From: an uncultured virus (IMG/VR IMGVR_UViG_3300032225_002203)
Taxonomy: Duplodnaviria > Heunggongvirae > Uroviricota > Caudoviricetes
DNA: 64,000 nucleotides
IMG/VR virus record: IMGVR_UViG_3300032225_002203
Direction: 5' to 3' (one strand)
This document shows, piece after piece, positions 29,604-38,937 of this stretch. The notes beneath the pieces were generated by a model. The model was not told the origin of the DNA. It was given only the letters and a program-made list of their open reading frames with translations, and did not search any database. The stretch's first letter is position 1. Every line of letters starts with the position of its first letter. The position numbers were made by a program, and so were the translations under genes.

Positions 29604-30476
29604 ATGTCAAATCTATCTAAAACCGTTGGCCAAACACCTTTAATTAAAATCTCAGAAAGAATCTTCGCAAAGTTTGAAGGTCAAAATCCAAGTGGTTCAA
29701 TAAAAGATAGAATGGCTTCCTACATAATTAATGATGCTGAAAAAAACGGTCTTATTAAAAAAGGTGATACTATTATTGAAGCAACATCTGGTAACTCTGG
29801 AATTGCTTTTGCTTTCTTATCAGCAGAAAGAGGTTATAAATGTATTATCATTATGCCTGCTAATATGAGTGAAGAGCGTAAACAAATGTTAAGACTTTAT
29901 GGTGCTGAACTTATTGAAGTACCAGATGGTAAATTTGATGACGCAATTGCTTTAAGAGATAAAATGGCTCAAGAAAATGGTTACTTTAATCCTAATCAGT
30001 TTCACAATCCTCTAAATATACAAGCTCACTACGAGGGAACTGGTGTTGAGATTCTACACCAACATACAGATAAAATTGCGGCTTTTTTAGATGGAACAGG
30101 AACTGGTGGTACTCTTATGGGCACTTCTCGTCTTTTAAAGATGTATCATCCTTTTATGAAAGTTGTAGCAGTTGAACCAGCAGAATCACCAGTTATGTCA
30201 GGTGGTGAACCAGGACTTCACGGTATTCAAGGAATTGGTGATGGTTCTAAATTTATGGTTAACTTAAAAGAAGTAGATGATATTATCATTATATCAACTG
30301 AAGAAGCTAAAGAAAGAGCAAGGAGACTTGCTAAAGAACAAGGTTTGTTTGTTGGTATTAGTTCAGGTGCTAATATTTTAGCATCAGAAAGATTGTTAGA
30401 AAAATATCCAGAAATGGATGGAAATATCATAACTATATTATGTGATAGAGGAGAAAGATATCTTTCTTGTTTCTAA
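29604..30476 (+). CDS. cysK: Cysteine synthase (O-acetylserine sulfhydrylase, PLP-dependent; CysK/CysM family)
   Basis: VGQTPL, NPSGSIKDR, EATSGNSG, GTGTGGT, HGIQGIG, GISSGAN, DRGERYLS. Confidence 0.92.
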   Translation: MSNLSKTVGQTPLIKISERIFAKFEGQNPSGSIKDRMASYIINDAEKNGLIKKGDTIIEATSGNSGIAFAFLSAERGYKCIIIMPANMSEERKQMLRLYGAELIEVPDGKFDDAIALRDKMAQENGYFNPNQFHNPLNIQAHYEGTGVEILHQHTDKIAAFLDGTGTGGTLMGTSRLLKMYHPFMKVVAVEPAESPVMSGGEPGLHGIQGIGDGSKFMVNLKEVDDIIIISTEEAKERARRLAKEQGLFVGISSGANILASERLLEKYPEMDGNIITILCDRGERYLSCF

Positions 30477-30493
30477 AAATAATATATAGTTTA

Positions 30494-31330
30494 ATGAAAC
30501 ACTTAAAAAGATATGATGAAGGGATTAACTCATCTACTGATTTATTAGAAGAAGGTCTTTTTGACTTCCTTTCTAAGAAATTAACTGAAGATGATAAAAT
30601 TGCCTTAGAGTATATAGCTCGTTTAAAAAAAGTAAAAGGTATTTCACCTTATAAGATAGAAAAATCTACTACAAGAAATGATGACGGATATGCTATATAT
30701 GGAAATAATAGTCACCAAATAGATAAATTTAAAGTTGATTTTGATGACACTCCTATAAGAATATGGTGTGTTACTAAACCAAATGGATTTGACACCAGAT
30801 CACAGGATTTTTTACTAAGTAAAAACCTATGTAAGTATAACAGTAGAGAGTTTTATAAATTAGAAGTAATTTGTGAAGGTGATCCTGAAAATTGTAAAGC
30901 TAGTGCCAAAATAATTAAAGAATTATCTGATTTAGTTAAATCAGTATATGAAAATGATAAAGAAGCTAAAAGAATTGAAAATATTAAAATTAATATGAAT
31001 AAAGCGGCTGATTTAATAAGTGATGAACCAATTAAAGAATCTATATACGAAAGAGAAGTAGTATTCACTAATAAAAGAAATCCAAGATTAGTAATTACAA
31101 TTAAGAAGAATCCTGATGGTAGAATAACTGAAATTGAAAATGAAACTGGAATGAGATTTCCTTTCTCAGTAGGTCAATTACTACAAAGAAATGTAGAAGT
31201 TTGGGCTTGTAATAATAACTTCTTAATGGATGGTAAAGATACTTGTCCGGATAAAAAGATATTTGGTGTTAAAACTAAAGATGTGCCACAAGGACATGAA
31301 TGGAGACATATATTTCCTCATAAATTTTAA
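30494..31330 (+). CDS. Hypothetical protein with capsid-targeting-like N-terminus (start revised)
   Basis: MKHLKRYDE, 5 nt after ATATATA (30482-30488). Confidence 0.7.
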   Translation: MKHLKRYDEGINSSTDLLEEGLFDFLSKKLTEDDKIALEYIARLKKVKGISPYKIEKSTTRNDDGYAIYGNNSHQIDKFKVDFDDTPIRIWCVTKPNGFDTRSQDFLLSKNLCKYNSREFYKLEVICEGDPENCKASAKIIKELSDLVKSVYENDKEAKRIENIKINMNKAADLISDEPIKESIYEREVVFTNKRNPRLVITIKKNPDGRITEIENETGMRFPFSVGQLLQRNVEVWACNNNFLMDGKDTCPDKKIFGVKTKDVPQGHEWRHIFPHKF

Positions 31331-31340
31331 TATATAACTA

Positions 31341-32039
31341 ATGAGATATTTACAAACATATGAACAACACAATGAAGGTATTAAATCCGCCGTACTTGGT
31401 GCTGGTCTTGCTGCTTCATTATTTGCTGGCTCACCAAATGTAAATGCTCAAGATATAATTAAACCAGCACTTACAAATCCTATGTCTAAGGATGGTGTAA
31501 CAGCGGCTGAAGAACAAACATCAGAATTATCTAATATTAGAAAATCCGAATTAAATCCAAAAGATGATAAATTAAATAGTATTTTATCAGAAATACAAAG
31601 TAAAGTACATTCAGGTACTCAAGAAGAATATCAAGAATTATTTAACAAGTTATCAGCTCACGTTGAATCTAAATATGGTTATAAAATTGAACCAAAAAAC
31701 TTAGAGGAATTATCAGAAGCTGGCATATCAGAACAAACTAAAGGTATGTCAATATTTGAAATAATGGGTTGGTTAGGATCAATTTGTTTAGCAATCTGTG
31801 GTATTCCACAAGCTTGGCAAAGTCATAAAGATAAACACTCTCACGGAATTTCTTGGGGATTTGTTCTTCTTTGGGCATTTGGTGAAATATTCGCATTAGC
31901 ATATGTTTATGATAAATTAGATTTACCATTATTATTAAATTACGCTACTAATATCTTAATATTAGCAGTTATATTATATTATAAAATAAAACCTCAAAAC
32001 ACAGTAGATTATGATAAAGAAGTACGCAGATTTCATTAA
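31341..32039 (+). CDS. PQ-loop/SemiSWEET-domain membrane protein with N-terminal extension
   Basis: GWLGSICLAICGIPQAWQSHKDKHSHGISW followed by two more TM helices. Confidence 0.8.
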   Translation: MRYLQTYEQHNEGIKSAVLGAGLAASLFAGSPNVNAQDIIKPALTNPMSKDGVTAAEEQTSELSNIRKSELNPKDDKLNSILSEIQSKVHSGTQEEYQELFNKLSAHVESKYGYKIEPKNLEELSEAGISEQTKGMSIFEIMGWLGSICLAICGIPQAWQSHKDKHSHGISWGFVLLWAFGEIFALAYVYDKLDLPLLLNYATNILILAVILYYKIKPQNTVDYDKEVRRFH

Positions 32040-32235
32040 GGAATCACACTCAAAATCAGTAAAACTTACTCCAGAAGAAGTGAGTTTATTTACAAGCGAA
32101 CCGCTTTTACAAAAGTTGATTGCTGATAAGAAAGTTAGCCTTTATGATAATGAGGTTAAATTTGATGAAACTGATCATCAAACTAAAGAAGTATTGGATC
32201 AATACTTAGAATTACCAGGAAAAATAAAAGAATAA
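32011..32235 (+). CDS. Small protein with capsid-targeting-like N-terminus
   Basis: MIKKYADFIKES. Confidence 0.7.
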   Translation: MIKKYADFIKESHSKSVKLTPEEVSLFTSEPLLQKLIADKKVSLYDNEVKFDETDHQTKEVLDQYLELPGKIKE

Positions 32236-32237
32236 TA

Positions 32238-32861
32238 ATGAAAAGAATTAAAAAATATAAGCTATTTTTAGAAAGTCTTAATGATGACAGTGAGTTCAAA
32301 CAAAATGTTGATGTACTAAAAAAAGCATTATATGCTATGTTTAATCCGGTATTTAATATGGAAAAAATAGTAAGACTATCAGGTAATATTGAAGAATTAG
32401 AATATGGTACAGATGAATTAATTAAAATTCTATTTAATATGTTTTTAGATTCTGTAAATAGAAATGAGGATTTAGATGAGGATTTTAGAGATATGATTCT
32501 TAGTGAATATGATAAAGCTTTAAAATCAGCAAGACCTATTTTCATTAAAAAATCATTCAAGGATGGTGTTGATAAATCAATTAACTTCTTAATTGAATTT
32601 TTAGATGCTATGAAAAAAGCTCAAGAATCGGAAGGTGAAGAATGGAGACAATCTAAAGAGGTTAGTTATGAAGATATGTCTAAATCCGAAATTAATGATT
32701 TAATTGACCAAGCTTTAGATGTTAGAGATTTTGCTAAAGTTAAATTCCTATCACAATATCTTAAAGAATCATTTGAAATAACTGATGATATGAAAGCCGG
32801 TATTCAGAATTTCTGTGATACTTTAGTTAGATTTATTATTCAGAATTATTACGCTTTTTAA
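32238..32861 (+). CDS. Helical protein with IDEAL-like motif and capsid-targeting-like N-terminus
   Basis: MKRIKKYKLFLES; EINDLIDQALDVRDF. Confidence 0.7.
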   Translation: MKRIKKYKLFLESLNDDSEFKQNVDVLKKALYAMFNPVFNMEKIVRLSGNIEELEYGTDELIKILFNMFLDSVNRNEDLDEDFRDMILSEYDKALKSARPIFIKKSFKDGVDKSINFLIEFLDAMKKAQESEGEEWRQSKEVSYEDMSKSEINDLIDQALDVRDFAKVKFLSQYLKESFEITDDMKAGIQNFCDTLVRFIIQNYYAF

Positions 32862-33902
32862 GTTTTCCCAAAGTATTCTATAGATATCATCAAATTGATT
32901 ATAATTAATTCTAATTAAATCAATATAGTTATCTTCACAGTAGTCTTCTTTTATTTTATCATTTATTTTAAGAGATTCATATGCCTTAATACCACCAAAA
33001 TAGTCTATAGGTGAATAATGTTGTTTTCCATCAAATTCTATACAAGTTCTAATAGACGGTATATAAAAATCAAATGGTAATTCAAATACATTTTTACAAT
33101 CTTGAAACTTCTTTTGTCTCACATAAGAAATTTTATATTTATCTAAAAATTTAGCTATTTCTCTTTCACCTCTTGACTCATTACAATTGGAACATCCATT
33201 TCCTTGTAAGTGTGATAAAGGTCTTTGTTCAAAGTCACCATGTATAGGACAAGTTATTATTACTTTAATCTGATTTTTAATATATTCTGTTTTATCATAT
33301 GAATACTTAAAATCATGAATACTATTAGCTTCCTTTATAAATTGATTAGTTGTTTTTCTAACTGAAAGTTTTATATTTTCTGGAGCAGATATTAAATGAC
33401 CAGCAGGTATTTGTTCAAAAATCTCACCTGTTTTATTATAAATTATTTTAACTTTAGATTTACAATGTTTATATTCAACTAATGAATAATCATATTTATC
33501 TTTCCCCCATTTATCTTGAGATCTTTTTATAAAATATTCTTTATTCATATTTAATTCAGGCGCAGATCTTAAATGTGTTGATGCGATTTGCTCAAAAACA
33601 ACACCATCATATATTACTTTAATTGACTTCAAGGCTCCTTTGTAATCAGTAAGTGAGTAATCATATTTATCACCCCAAACTTCTTTAGCTTCTTTAATAA
33701 ATTCTTCTGTTGTCTTTGTAGGTGTATTTTTTTCAGGACATCTACCTAAAAGTATATGCTTGACTACTTTTTGAGTATATAATTCACCGTTATATTCAAT
33801 ATCTATATTATCAGAAGATAATACTTTTTCTTTAAGATTTGGATATTGATACTTATACCCGTGTTTATCTCTTGCTCTTTCTAAAAATTCCTGCTTTGTC
33901 AT
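32823..33902 (-). CDS. Free-standing endonuclease: DUF723-like repeats plus C-terminal PD-(D/E)xK/Vsr-like nuclease domain
   Basis: Repeated (H/W)GxKYDYS units; CPIHG..F...HLQGNGCSNC; FDFYIP...IEFDGKQHY. Confidence 0.8.
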   Translation of the reverse strand: MTKQEFLERARDKHGYKYQYPNLKEKVLSSDNIDIEYNGELYTQKVVKHILLGRCPEKNTPTKTTEEFIKEAKEVWGDKYDYSLTDYKGALKSIKVIYDGVVFEQIASTHLRSAPELNMNKEYFIKRSQDKWGKDKYDYSLVEYKHCKSKVKIIYNKTGEIFEQIPAGHLISAPENIKLSVRKTTNQFIKEANSIHDFKYSYDKTEYIKNQIKVIITCPIHGDFEQRPLSHLQGNGCSNCNESRGEREIAKFLDKYKISYVRQKKFQDCKNVFELPFDFYIPSIRTCIEFDGKQHYSPIDYFGGIKAYESLKINDKIKEDYCEDNYIDLIRINYNQFDDIYRILWENLKSVIILNNKSN

Positions 33903-34020
33903 AACATATATATTAAATTTATATTCTCCCCTTTATTTTTTTATTTAGGAATTTTTTATAAAAAGTCAAAAGGGGGAAATAATATTTTTATATATAAATT
34001 ATAAAAATAAAATTATTAAA

Positions 34021-35250
34021 ATGGCAAAGCAACAAGCAAAAGAAACAAAAAAGTTTGAGTTTTCTAAGATTGGTTCGATTCTGGACAACATAGCAAAATC
34101 AGTTCCAATTCAAGTAGAAAAAGAAATTAAAGAAAAAAAGTTTATATCAACAGGTGTTTATATAGTGGATGCGGCAATGTCGGGTAGATTATTAAATGGT
34201 GGTGTAGCAACAAATAGAATTAGTGTATTTGCTGGTGAATCTGGAGCAGGTAAATCATTCTTAGCATACTCTTGTGCTAAGAACGCTCAAAAAGCTGGAT
34301 ATTCAGTTATTTATATTGATACTGAACAAGCTGTAGATTTAGAAGATCTTCCAAAATTTGGAGTAAGTAATGATTTAGAAAAATTTAGATTAGTTAGATC
34401 AAATAAAGTTGAAGATATAAACATCACTTTAACTCAATTAGTAGATGAATTAAAAGAACAAAAATTAGCAGGATATGAGTTACCTAAATTAATGATTGTG
34501 TTAGACTCATTAGGTCAAATGGCTTCTAATAAAGAAAAGGCAGACTTATTAAAAGGTGATATCAAACAAGATATGACTAAAGCTAAAGCAATTGGTTCAA
34601 TGTTTAGATCGATTAATAATGATCTTGGATATTTAGATATACCAATGATTGTTTGTAACCACACATATCTAACAATGGATTTATTTCCACAAGCAGTCAT
34701 GAAGGGTGGTTTAGCACTATTATACTCAGCATCAGTAATTGGATTTATGACTAAATCTAAATTAAAAACTGGTGAAGAAGATGATATGGACTTAGGTGGT
34801 TCAGGTATAACAGTTCTTTTCAAAACTCAAAAGAATCGTTTAGCAAAACCTAAGAAAATCAGATTTGATATCTCATTTGCCAATGGTATGAATCCTTACA
34901 CTGGATTAGATGCTTTCTGTCGTCCAGAATTCTTTGAACAAATTGGAATAGCTCAAGGTAAAATGGAAGTTGATAAAAAAACAGGTGAAATGACATTCAC
35001 ACCAGGTGGTAATAGATGGTATGTTTCACACTTAAATAAGTCAGTTACAACAAAACAATTATTTACTCCTGAAATATTCACACAAGAAGTGTTGGAAAAA
35101 ATGGCACCAATTGTAAATGATTACTTTAGATTCAAATCATTAGATGAAATTGAACAAGTTGAAAAACAATTCAATGAAGTAATTGGAGAAGATGAAGATG
35201 ATACAAACGGATTTACAGATGCGTCTGACGCAGATGATATCTTTGGATAA
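34021..35250 (+). CDS. uvsX: UvsX/RecA-like recombinase
   Basis: GESGAGKS, YIDTE, VLDSLG, DMTKAK, NHTY, KNR. Confidence 0.9.
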   Translation: MAKQQAKETKKFEFSKIGSILDNIAKSVPIQVEKEIKEKKFISTGVYIVDAAMSGRLLNGGVATNRISVFAGESGAGKSFLAYSCAKNAQKAGYSVIYIDTEQAVDLEDLPKFGVSNDLEKFRLVRSNKVEDINITLTQLVDELKEQKLAGYELPKLMIVLDSLGQMASNKEKADLLKGDIKQDMTKAKAIGSMFRSINNDLGYLDIPMIVCNHTYLTMDLFPQAVMKGGLALLYSASVIGFMTKSKLKTGEEDDMDLGGSGITVLFKTQKNRLAKPKKIRFDISFANGMNPYTGLDAFCRPEFFEQIGIAQGKMEVDKKTGEMTFTPGGNRWYVSHLNKSVTTKQLFTPEIFTQEVLEKMAPIVNDYFRFKSLDEIEQVEKQFNEVIGEDEDDTNGFTDASDADDIFG

Positions 35251-35303
35251 GAAAAAATAAATCCCTTTATTACTAAGGGATTACAAAAATAAAATAAAAT
35301 AAA

Positions 35304-35474
35304 ATGAAACAAGAAATTTTCGAACAATTAACGAAACTTTGGGCTGAATTTGAAGCTAATCACAATGCTACAAGTAAAGTATCAGACTCAAGAGCAAGAA
35401 AAGCTTTAGGTGAAATTAAGAAATTAGTTACAGCTTATAGAGCGGCTTCTACTGAAGAAGGTAAAGCAAAGTAA
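35304..35474 (+). CDS. Histone H1-like (Hc1-type) small basic protein (56 aa; not in ORF track)
   Basis: MKQEIFEQLTKLWAEFEANHNATSKVSDSRARKALGEIKKLVTAYRAASTEEGKAK; RARK...K...R pattern of Bacteroidota Hc1-like proteins. Confidence 0.75.
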   Translation: MKQEIFEQLTKLWAEFEANHNATSKVSDSRARKALGEIKKLVTAYRAASTEEGKAK

Positions 35475-35486
35475 TAAAAAATAACA

Positions 35487-35753
35487 ATCCATTCCAATGA
35501 AACATATGATTAACTCTCTTTTATTAGAAAGAAATGTAGAAAATAAAAACTTTTCTGACGATATCCTATATAAAGTTGGAATGGATAATGTTAGAAATAA
35601 CATTGAATTTTATTCAGATAAAACATTTACTTGTGAATCTGTGATAAAAGAGTTATTTATTCGAGGTATAATTAATTATATCGAGAGAAATAAGTTTCCT
35701 TGTTTAGAAAAATAAGGTGGTGGAATCTGAACGGTTTCGAATCCGGTCGGCCC
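35487..35753 (+). ncRNA. Candidate structured ncRNA (chain of hairpins; overlaps a 72-aa ORF of doubtful status)
   Basis: ATCCATTCCAAT/GTTGGAATGGAT 12-bp stem, AATGTTA-GAAA-TAACATT, TTTTAT..CAGAT/ATCTG..ATAAAA, CCTTGTTT/AAATAAGG, terminal CGG-TTTCGAAT-CCG. Confidence 0.5.
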
Positions 35754-35759
35754 TTTATT

Positions 35760-35791
35760 AAAAAACCTCTGAAGAAATTCAGAGGTTTTTT
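35760..35791. terminator. Bidirectional terminator
   Basis: AAAAAACCTCTGAA-GAAA-TTCAGAGGTTTTTT. Confidence 0.85.
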
Positions 35792-36830
35792 ATTTTATAG
35801 CACATATAAATTCTTCAAACTTATAATTAGGAAAATCATCTACATATTTGATGATTACATTGATATCAAATCCAATTTGTTTTTTAACAACTTCAATTAA
35901 ATCTAATTCTCTTTCATTTAGTGGTTCACAGATAATACTTAATTCTAATTCATCTATTTTAGTTTGAACCATCTGAAACCTTTTTATACCAAAAGATTCA
36001 TACTGTAAAGATCCTACTAAGGGCCATTTTTTATCACCATTAGGTAGAACCATCATATTTCTTACACGACCGTGTATCTTCTTAATAGTTTGTAATCTTC
36101 TACCACAATTACATCTACCCATTTCAACATGGTCTCCGTGTTTATATCTTCTTATGTATTTGTTACTATTTGTAGTTATTATAATAGCGCCTTCATTATC
36201 AGTCTCAACAATTTGATTCTCCATAACGTGATAAACACTTGGATTATCAGGACAAGTTAGGGCGATTATACCACACTCTTCAGAAGAATAAGCTTTACCA
36301 CCAACTTCACCAGTTCCTTTCCAATCTATAAAGTTTGAAATCTTACTGGTATCAATTTGTTTAAAAACTGAAGGTAAACAATGAATATAATGAGGATTCT
36401 TTTCTTCTAACCACTTTTGTAGTTCAGATATAGGTTTCAAATCAGTAGCAAACCTACGACCTTGGATAGGCTCAATTGACTTAGGCAATCCCCAATCATC
36501 AACATCAAATGTTTTATTACCGGCTTTTATAATAGCCATATCTTTTGTAACATCCCATTTTAACCATCTAAACTCTCTTATAGAAAGAGCCACATACCAA
36601 ACATAGTCTTTGTATGTTTTACCCACTGAAACAGGCTCACCTGTCGAACCAGAGGTTCTAGAGATATCCATATCACCACTCATATCTATTTTTCTTATAT
36701 CATCTCTGGTCATTACTTTAAGACCTGAAATTGATAAGAAGTTTGGAACAAAATTCCACTGAGACTTTTCAAGATAATCTAATAAGTCTTTAATATCTTT
36801 ATTAACTTTATCTTGTGTTAGAACTGCCAT
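35790..36830 (-). CDS. Phenylacetate-CoA ligase/CapK-like adenylate-forming enzyme (compact)
   Basis: RTSGSTGEP, YSSEECG, RYKHGD, CNCGR, GRVRNM. Confidence 0.85.
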   Translation of the reverse strand: MAVLTQDKVNKDIKDLLDYLEKSQWNFVPNFLSISGLKVMTRDDIRKIDMSGDMDISRTSGSTGEPVSVGKTYKDYVWYVALSIREFRWLKWDVTKDMAIIKAGNKTFDVDDWGLPKSIEPIQGRRFATDLKPISELQKWLEEKNPHYIHCLPSVFKQIDTSKISNFIDWKGTGEVGGKAYSSEECGIIALTCPDNPSVYHVMENQIVETDNEGAIIITTNSNKYIRRYKHGDHVEMGRCNCGRRLQTIKKIHGRVRNMMVLPNGDKKWPLVGSLQYESFGIKRFQMVQTKIDELELSIICEPLNERELDLIEVVKKQIGFDINVIIKYVDDFPNYKFEEFICAIK

Positions 36831-37264
36831 ATGTAAAATGAATAATCTTCAAATACTATAGTTTTTGTAGGTAGTATTTTGAAATCTTCTGGTTGTGGAA
36901 AGTAAGCCGCTATTCTCATAATAGGTAACCTTCTTGTAAATGTTCTAGCAATAAATACTTTACAATGTTTAGAAGCCATTTCTAATAAACCATCTGTTAA
37001 CTCTTTACTGAAGTTCATACCGCCATCACATAATATATTTTCATAAAAGTTTCTATTATCTAACCAATTACCTACAATTGTGTTAGGACCTAAATACCAA
37101 GGATCTAAATCAAGTTGAACATCAGAGTGTTCTAATAGTTTTTTGGTACAACCAAGTAAAAGAGTTTTACCTTCTACTTTATTATCAACAAAGATTTTAA
37201 CATCTTCATTATCTGGTCCAAGTGGTCGAGGAAAGTCTTGAGACCAATAGTCTTTACTTAGCAT
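36818..37264 (-). CDS. Hypothetical protein, possibly degenerate SAM-methyltransferase fold
   Basis: TLLLGCT, GNW, ILCDGG spaced like class I MTase motifs; weak. Confidence 0.45.
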   Translation of the reverse strand: MLSKDYWSQDFPRPLGPDNEDVKIFVDNKVEGKTLLLGCTKKLLEHSDVQLDLDPWYLGPNTIVGNWLDNRNFYENILCDGGMNFSKELTDGLLEMASKHCKVFIARTFTRRLPIMRIAAYFPQPEDFKILPTKTIVFEDYSFYIWQF

Positions 37265-37925
37265 TTAATAGATCAATTCCATTTTTTATATGAGTTCTAA
37301 ATAACTCATTAGAATAAGTTTCGATGTTATGACCAAGTGAAGTAACCCAAACGTGACCACCATCATAATTTTGATACCAAGTTGATGGATAAATTGGAAA
37401 CCACTTACCAGCATGTTTAACTATTTCTTCTATTTCAGAATCATCTAAAACAGTTAAATCGTGATAGGCTAATACCTCGACATTATCAAAGTAATCTTCA
37501 CCAAAATAACACTCATCTTCAACTAACCACTCTTGTGGTATATTAGGCATTAAATTAGGTCTTTGAATAAGATTTTTTGTTGTTTGTATCTCAGCATGCC
37601 AAAGAAAAGAACAGCCTTTTAATTTTTTAAACCATTCCCAGTTTCTTTCAGTTCCTACAAAAGAATGAATACCTAATACTTTACCACCAGATTGAAACCA
37701 AGACTTAAATCTTTGTCTTTGTTCATCATTATCAAAGGCATCATTATTTGTATTAGGAAAAATAATTAAATTGAAATTAGATATATCAGAATTGAATATA
37801 TCCGTGTTGTTATTCACAATAACGTTAGAATCTTTTAGTAAGTCCAACAACATATCAACAGAATGTTGAATATTGTCGTGAACATAACCGTCTCCACATT
37901 TGGTATGTATAAGCACATTTCTCAT
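37254..37925 (-). CDS. ThuA-like (class I GATase-like fold) protein
   Basis: GYVHDNI, GGKVLGIHS, DECY, GGHVWVTSLGH. Confidence 0.8.
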   Translation of the reverse strand: MRNVLIHTKCGDGYVHDNIQHSVDMLLDLLKDSNVIVNNNTDIFNSDISNFNLIIFPNTNNDAFDNDEQRQRFKSWFQSGGKVLGIHSFVGTERNWEWFKKLKGCSFLWHAEIQTTKNLIQRPNLMPNIPQEWLVEDECYFGEDYFDNVEVLAYHDLTVLDDSEIEEIVKHAGKWFPIYPSTWYQNYDGGHVWVTSLGHNIETYSNELFRTHIKNGIDLLNAK

Positions 37926-37955
37926 TTTACTTTTATCAAATAAAACAAGAAATGT

Positions 37956-38420
37956 TTATTTTTTTACTGAGATAAGTCTATGTCTGTATATCATCACTAA
38001 CCAGTAACAGACTAAATATAAATTATAAATAGGAGTAAACCACTTAATATCAAATACCATTTTTAGGACAAAATCACATAAAAGAAAAAATACTAAAGAA
38101 AAAAGTAAGTACCTAGCAAACTTATCATATCTCTCAGAAAGTAAGAAAAGTTTAAATTTATTTATTTTAGATAACTTACTATGATTGACTATTTCATCTA
38201 ATTTTTCATCCCGTTGACACGCCTTACAAATACGATAGTTTGTTTTATTATTAAGTATATTGTTTAGAAGATCACTCTTATCAATATCCATTTTACCTTT
38301 ACAACAATAACACATTTCACCATTTCTCAAATCCATAGAAACATATTTGGTTTTTTTAACCATAATCATATAATAGATTATAAAAATAAATGGTATTAAA
38401 GCATATAAAACTGACATCAT
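37956..38420 (-). CDS. Membrane protein with zinc-finger-like segment
   Basis: TM helix, CYCC...CKAC, two C-terminal TM helices. Confidence 0.65.
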   Translation of the reverse strand: MMSVLYALIPFIFIIYYMIMVKKTKYVSMDLRNGEMCYCCKGKMDIDKSDLLNNILNNKTNYRICKACQRDEKLDEIVNHSKLSKINKFKLFLLSERYDKFARYLLFSLVFFLLCDFVLKMVFDIKWFTPIYNLYLVCYWLVMIYRHRLISVKK

Positions 38421-38421
38421 A

Positions 38422-38874
38422 TTATCCTAAAATTAATTGTAAGAATTTATCTCTCTTTTCCATCTTAGAGAGTTTTTTAATACACTCTGGTCCAAGACCA
38501 TTCTCAATAGAAGAAGGAACTGTTAATCTTTTACCACACTTACCGCAACATCCTTCGTGCCAAACTTCAACAAAATCTGGTAAAGTTCCTAATACAAGTT
38601 TAGCCAAAACAAAGTCAAACACTTTTACAGACTGAGCATCAGCAGACATATTAGATTTTCTACCGTGTCTAAACTTACCTTCAATACAAGTACCAATGTA
38701 AGCAAAATTCTCAGGGCCATTTAGAACACTAACAAAAAACATATTAGAGTCTTTGGCTTGTTTTACTTTATATGTAAAACGATTGCCTGTTTTAGTATTC
38801 AAAAATGTAACAATTGATTTACCAGCAAAGATAAATTTAAGAGCATCTGAGTTTTTAAGTTTTCTTCCTTCCAT
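38422..38874 (-). CDS. DUF6011-like zinc-binding protein
   Basis: CGKCGKRLTVPSSIENGLGPEC. Confidence 0.8.
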   Translation of the reverse strand: MEGRKLKNSDALKFIFAGKSIVTFLNTKTGNRFTYKVKQAKDSNMFFVSVLNGPENFAYIGTCIEGKFRHGRKSNMSADAQSVKVFDFVLAKLVLGTLPDFVEVWHEGCCGKCGKRLTVPSSIENGLGPECIKKLSKMEKRDKFLQLILG

Positions 38875-38891
38875 TGTAGTGATTATTTATA

Positions 38892-38922
38892 CAAATATAA
38901 GAAATATCTGTTAAATGTCAAA
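38892..38922 (-). promoter_or_regulatory. Bacteroidota sigmaA-type promoter
   Basis: TTTG-N19-TATATTTG. Confidence 0.75.
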
Positions 38923-38937
38923 ATCAATATATAGTTT

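Noticed and set aside
35716..35753. tRNA or tmRNA suggested by GGTTTCGAATCC
   Set aside because: Loop has 8 nt, and no acceptor stem, CCA end or 5' tRNA half was found; kept only as part of a candidate ncRNA
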